This document shows positions 42,331 through 42,659 of a DNA stretch of 42,659 nucleotides, piece by piece. The notes beneath the pieces are model-generated. The model was not told the origin of the DNA. It was given only the letters and a program-made list of their open reading frames with translations, and ran no database searches. The stretch lies in sequence record PZ386954.1; one strand, written 5' to 3'. Positions within the stretch are counted from its first letter, which is position 1. Each line of letters starts with the position of its first letter. Source of the DNA: a phage. The translations under genes and the position numbers were made by a program.

Positions 42331-42636
42331 ATGGCATCCGTGAATAAGCAGCTCGACGGGCTGCACCGGATGCTGGTGGAGTATCTGTCCGACCGCTTGG
42401 CCGACGCTCGTAGGAAAGATGAACATGGTAATATCATCGAACCTATGGCGGCGGCTGAGCTGTCCGTACTTCGCCAGTTCCTGAAAGACAACGGTATTCA
42501 GGCTGATAAAGACCACGCAGATGACCTGCTGGCGCTGCAAGAGCAACTGAATAACGAAAAGACCGAGGCAGGTCGTAAGGATATTATGACCGCTGCCATT
42601 AACTCAATCGCAGAAGATAGCGGGATGATGCACTAA
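42331..42636 (+). CDS. terminase small subunit (DNA maturase A)
   Basis: 101 aa; GGAGAA SD; immediately upstream of the terminase large subunit across the window junction. Confidence 0.7.
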   Translation: MASVNKQLDGLHRMLVEYLSDRLADARRKDEHGNIIEPMAAAELSVLRQFLKDNGIQADKDHADDLLALQEQLNNEKTEAGRKDIMTAAINSIAEDSGMMH

Positions 42637-42659
42637 TGGATTTACAACGCCGCATGGTG

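Overview
This window reads as an essentially complete, circularly permuted genome (~42.7 kb) of a lytic T7-supergroup podovirus with phiKMV/KP34-like gene order (Autographiviridae-type); all calls are from reading the sequence and recognising motifs, with no database search. Every convincing gene is on the + strand. The window starts exactly at the ATG of the terminase large subunit and ends just after the terminase small subunit, so the two window ends are almost certainly contiguous in the real molecule. Order from position 1: terminase large subunit; a beta-rich protein; a lysis cassette (lipoprotein with C-terminal TMD, membrane protein, GH108-type endolysin); an extremely A-depleted repeat tract (~4195-4600) that probably marks the physical genome end; four tandem sigma70-type early promoters (4761-5114); a long leader; an array of small acidic early proteins separated by conserved hairpins; a replication module (zinc-finger protein, DnaB-like helicase, family-A DNA polymerase, 5'-3' exonuclease, endonuclease VII-like protein, two paralogous HNH endonucleases); an accessory cluster (CCA-adding-like nucleotidyltransferase head domain, HTH-metallophosphoesterase, HAD phosphatase); a single-subunit RNA polymerase placed directly before the structural genes; then portal, scaffold, capsid, tail tubular A/B, three internal virion proteins, a tailspike-like fibre and the terminase small subunit. 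No tRNA, CRISPR array, integrase or repressor was seen. The most unusual signals are the A-depleted tract, a conserved ATGAAAGTGTCTA motif family (one inverted copy with a T7/SP6-like TCACTATAG core), the UGCG-tetraloop hairpin cassettes, the acidic early-protein array, and the nucleotidyltransferase/phosphoesterase genes.
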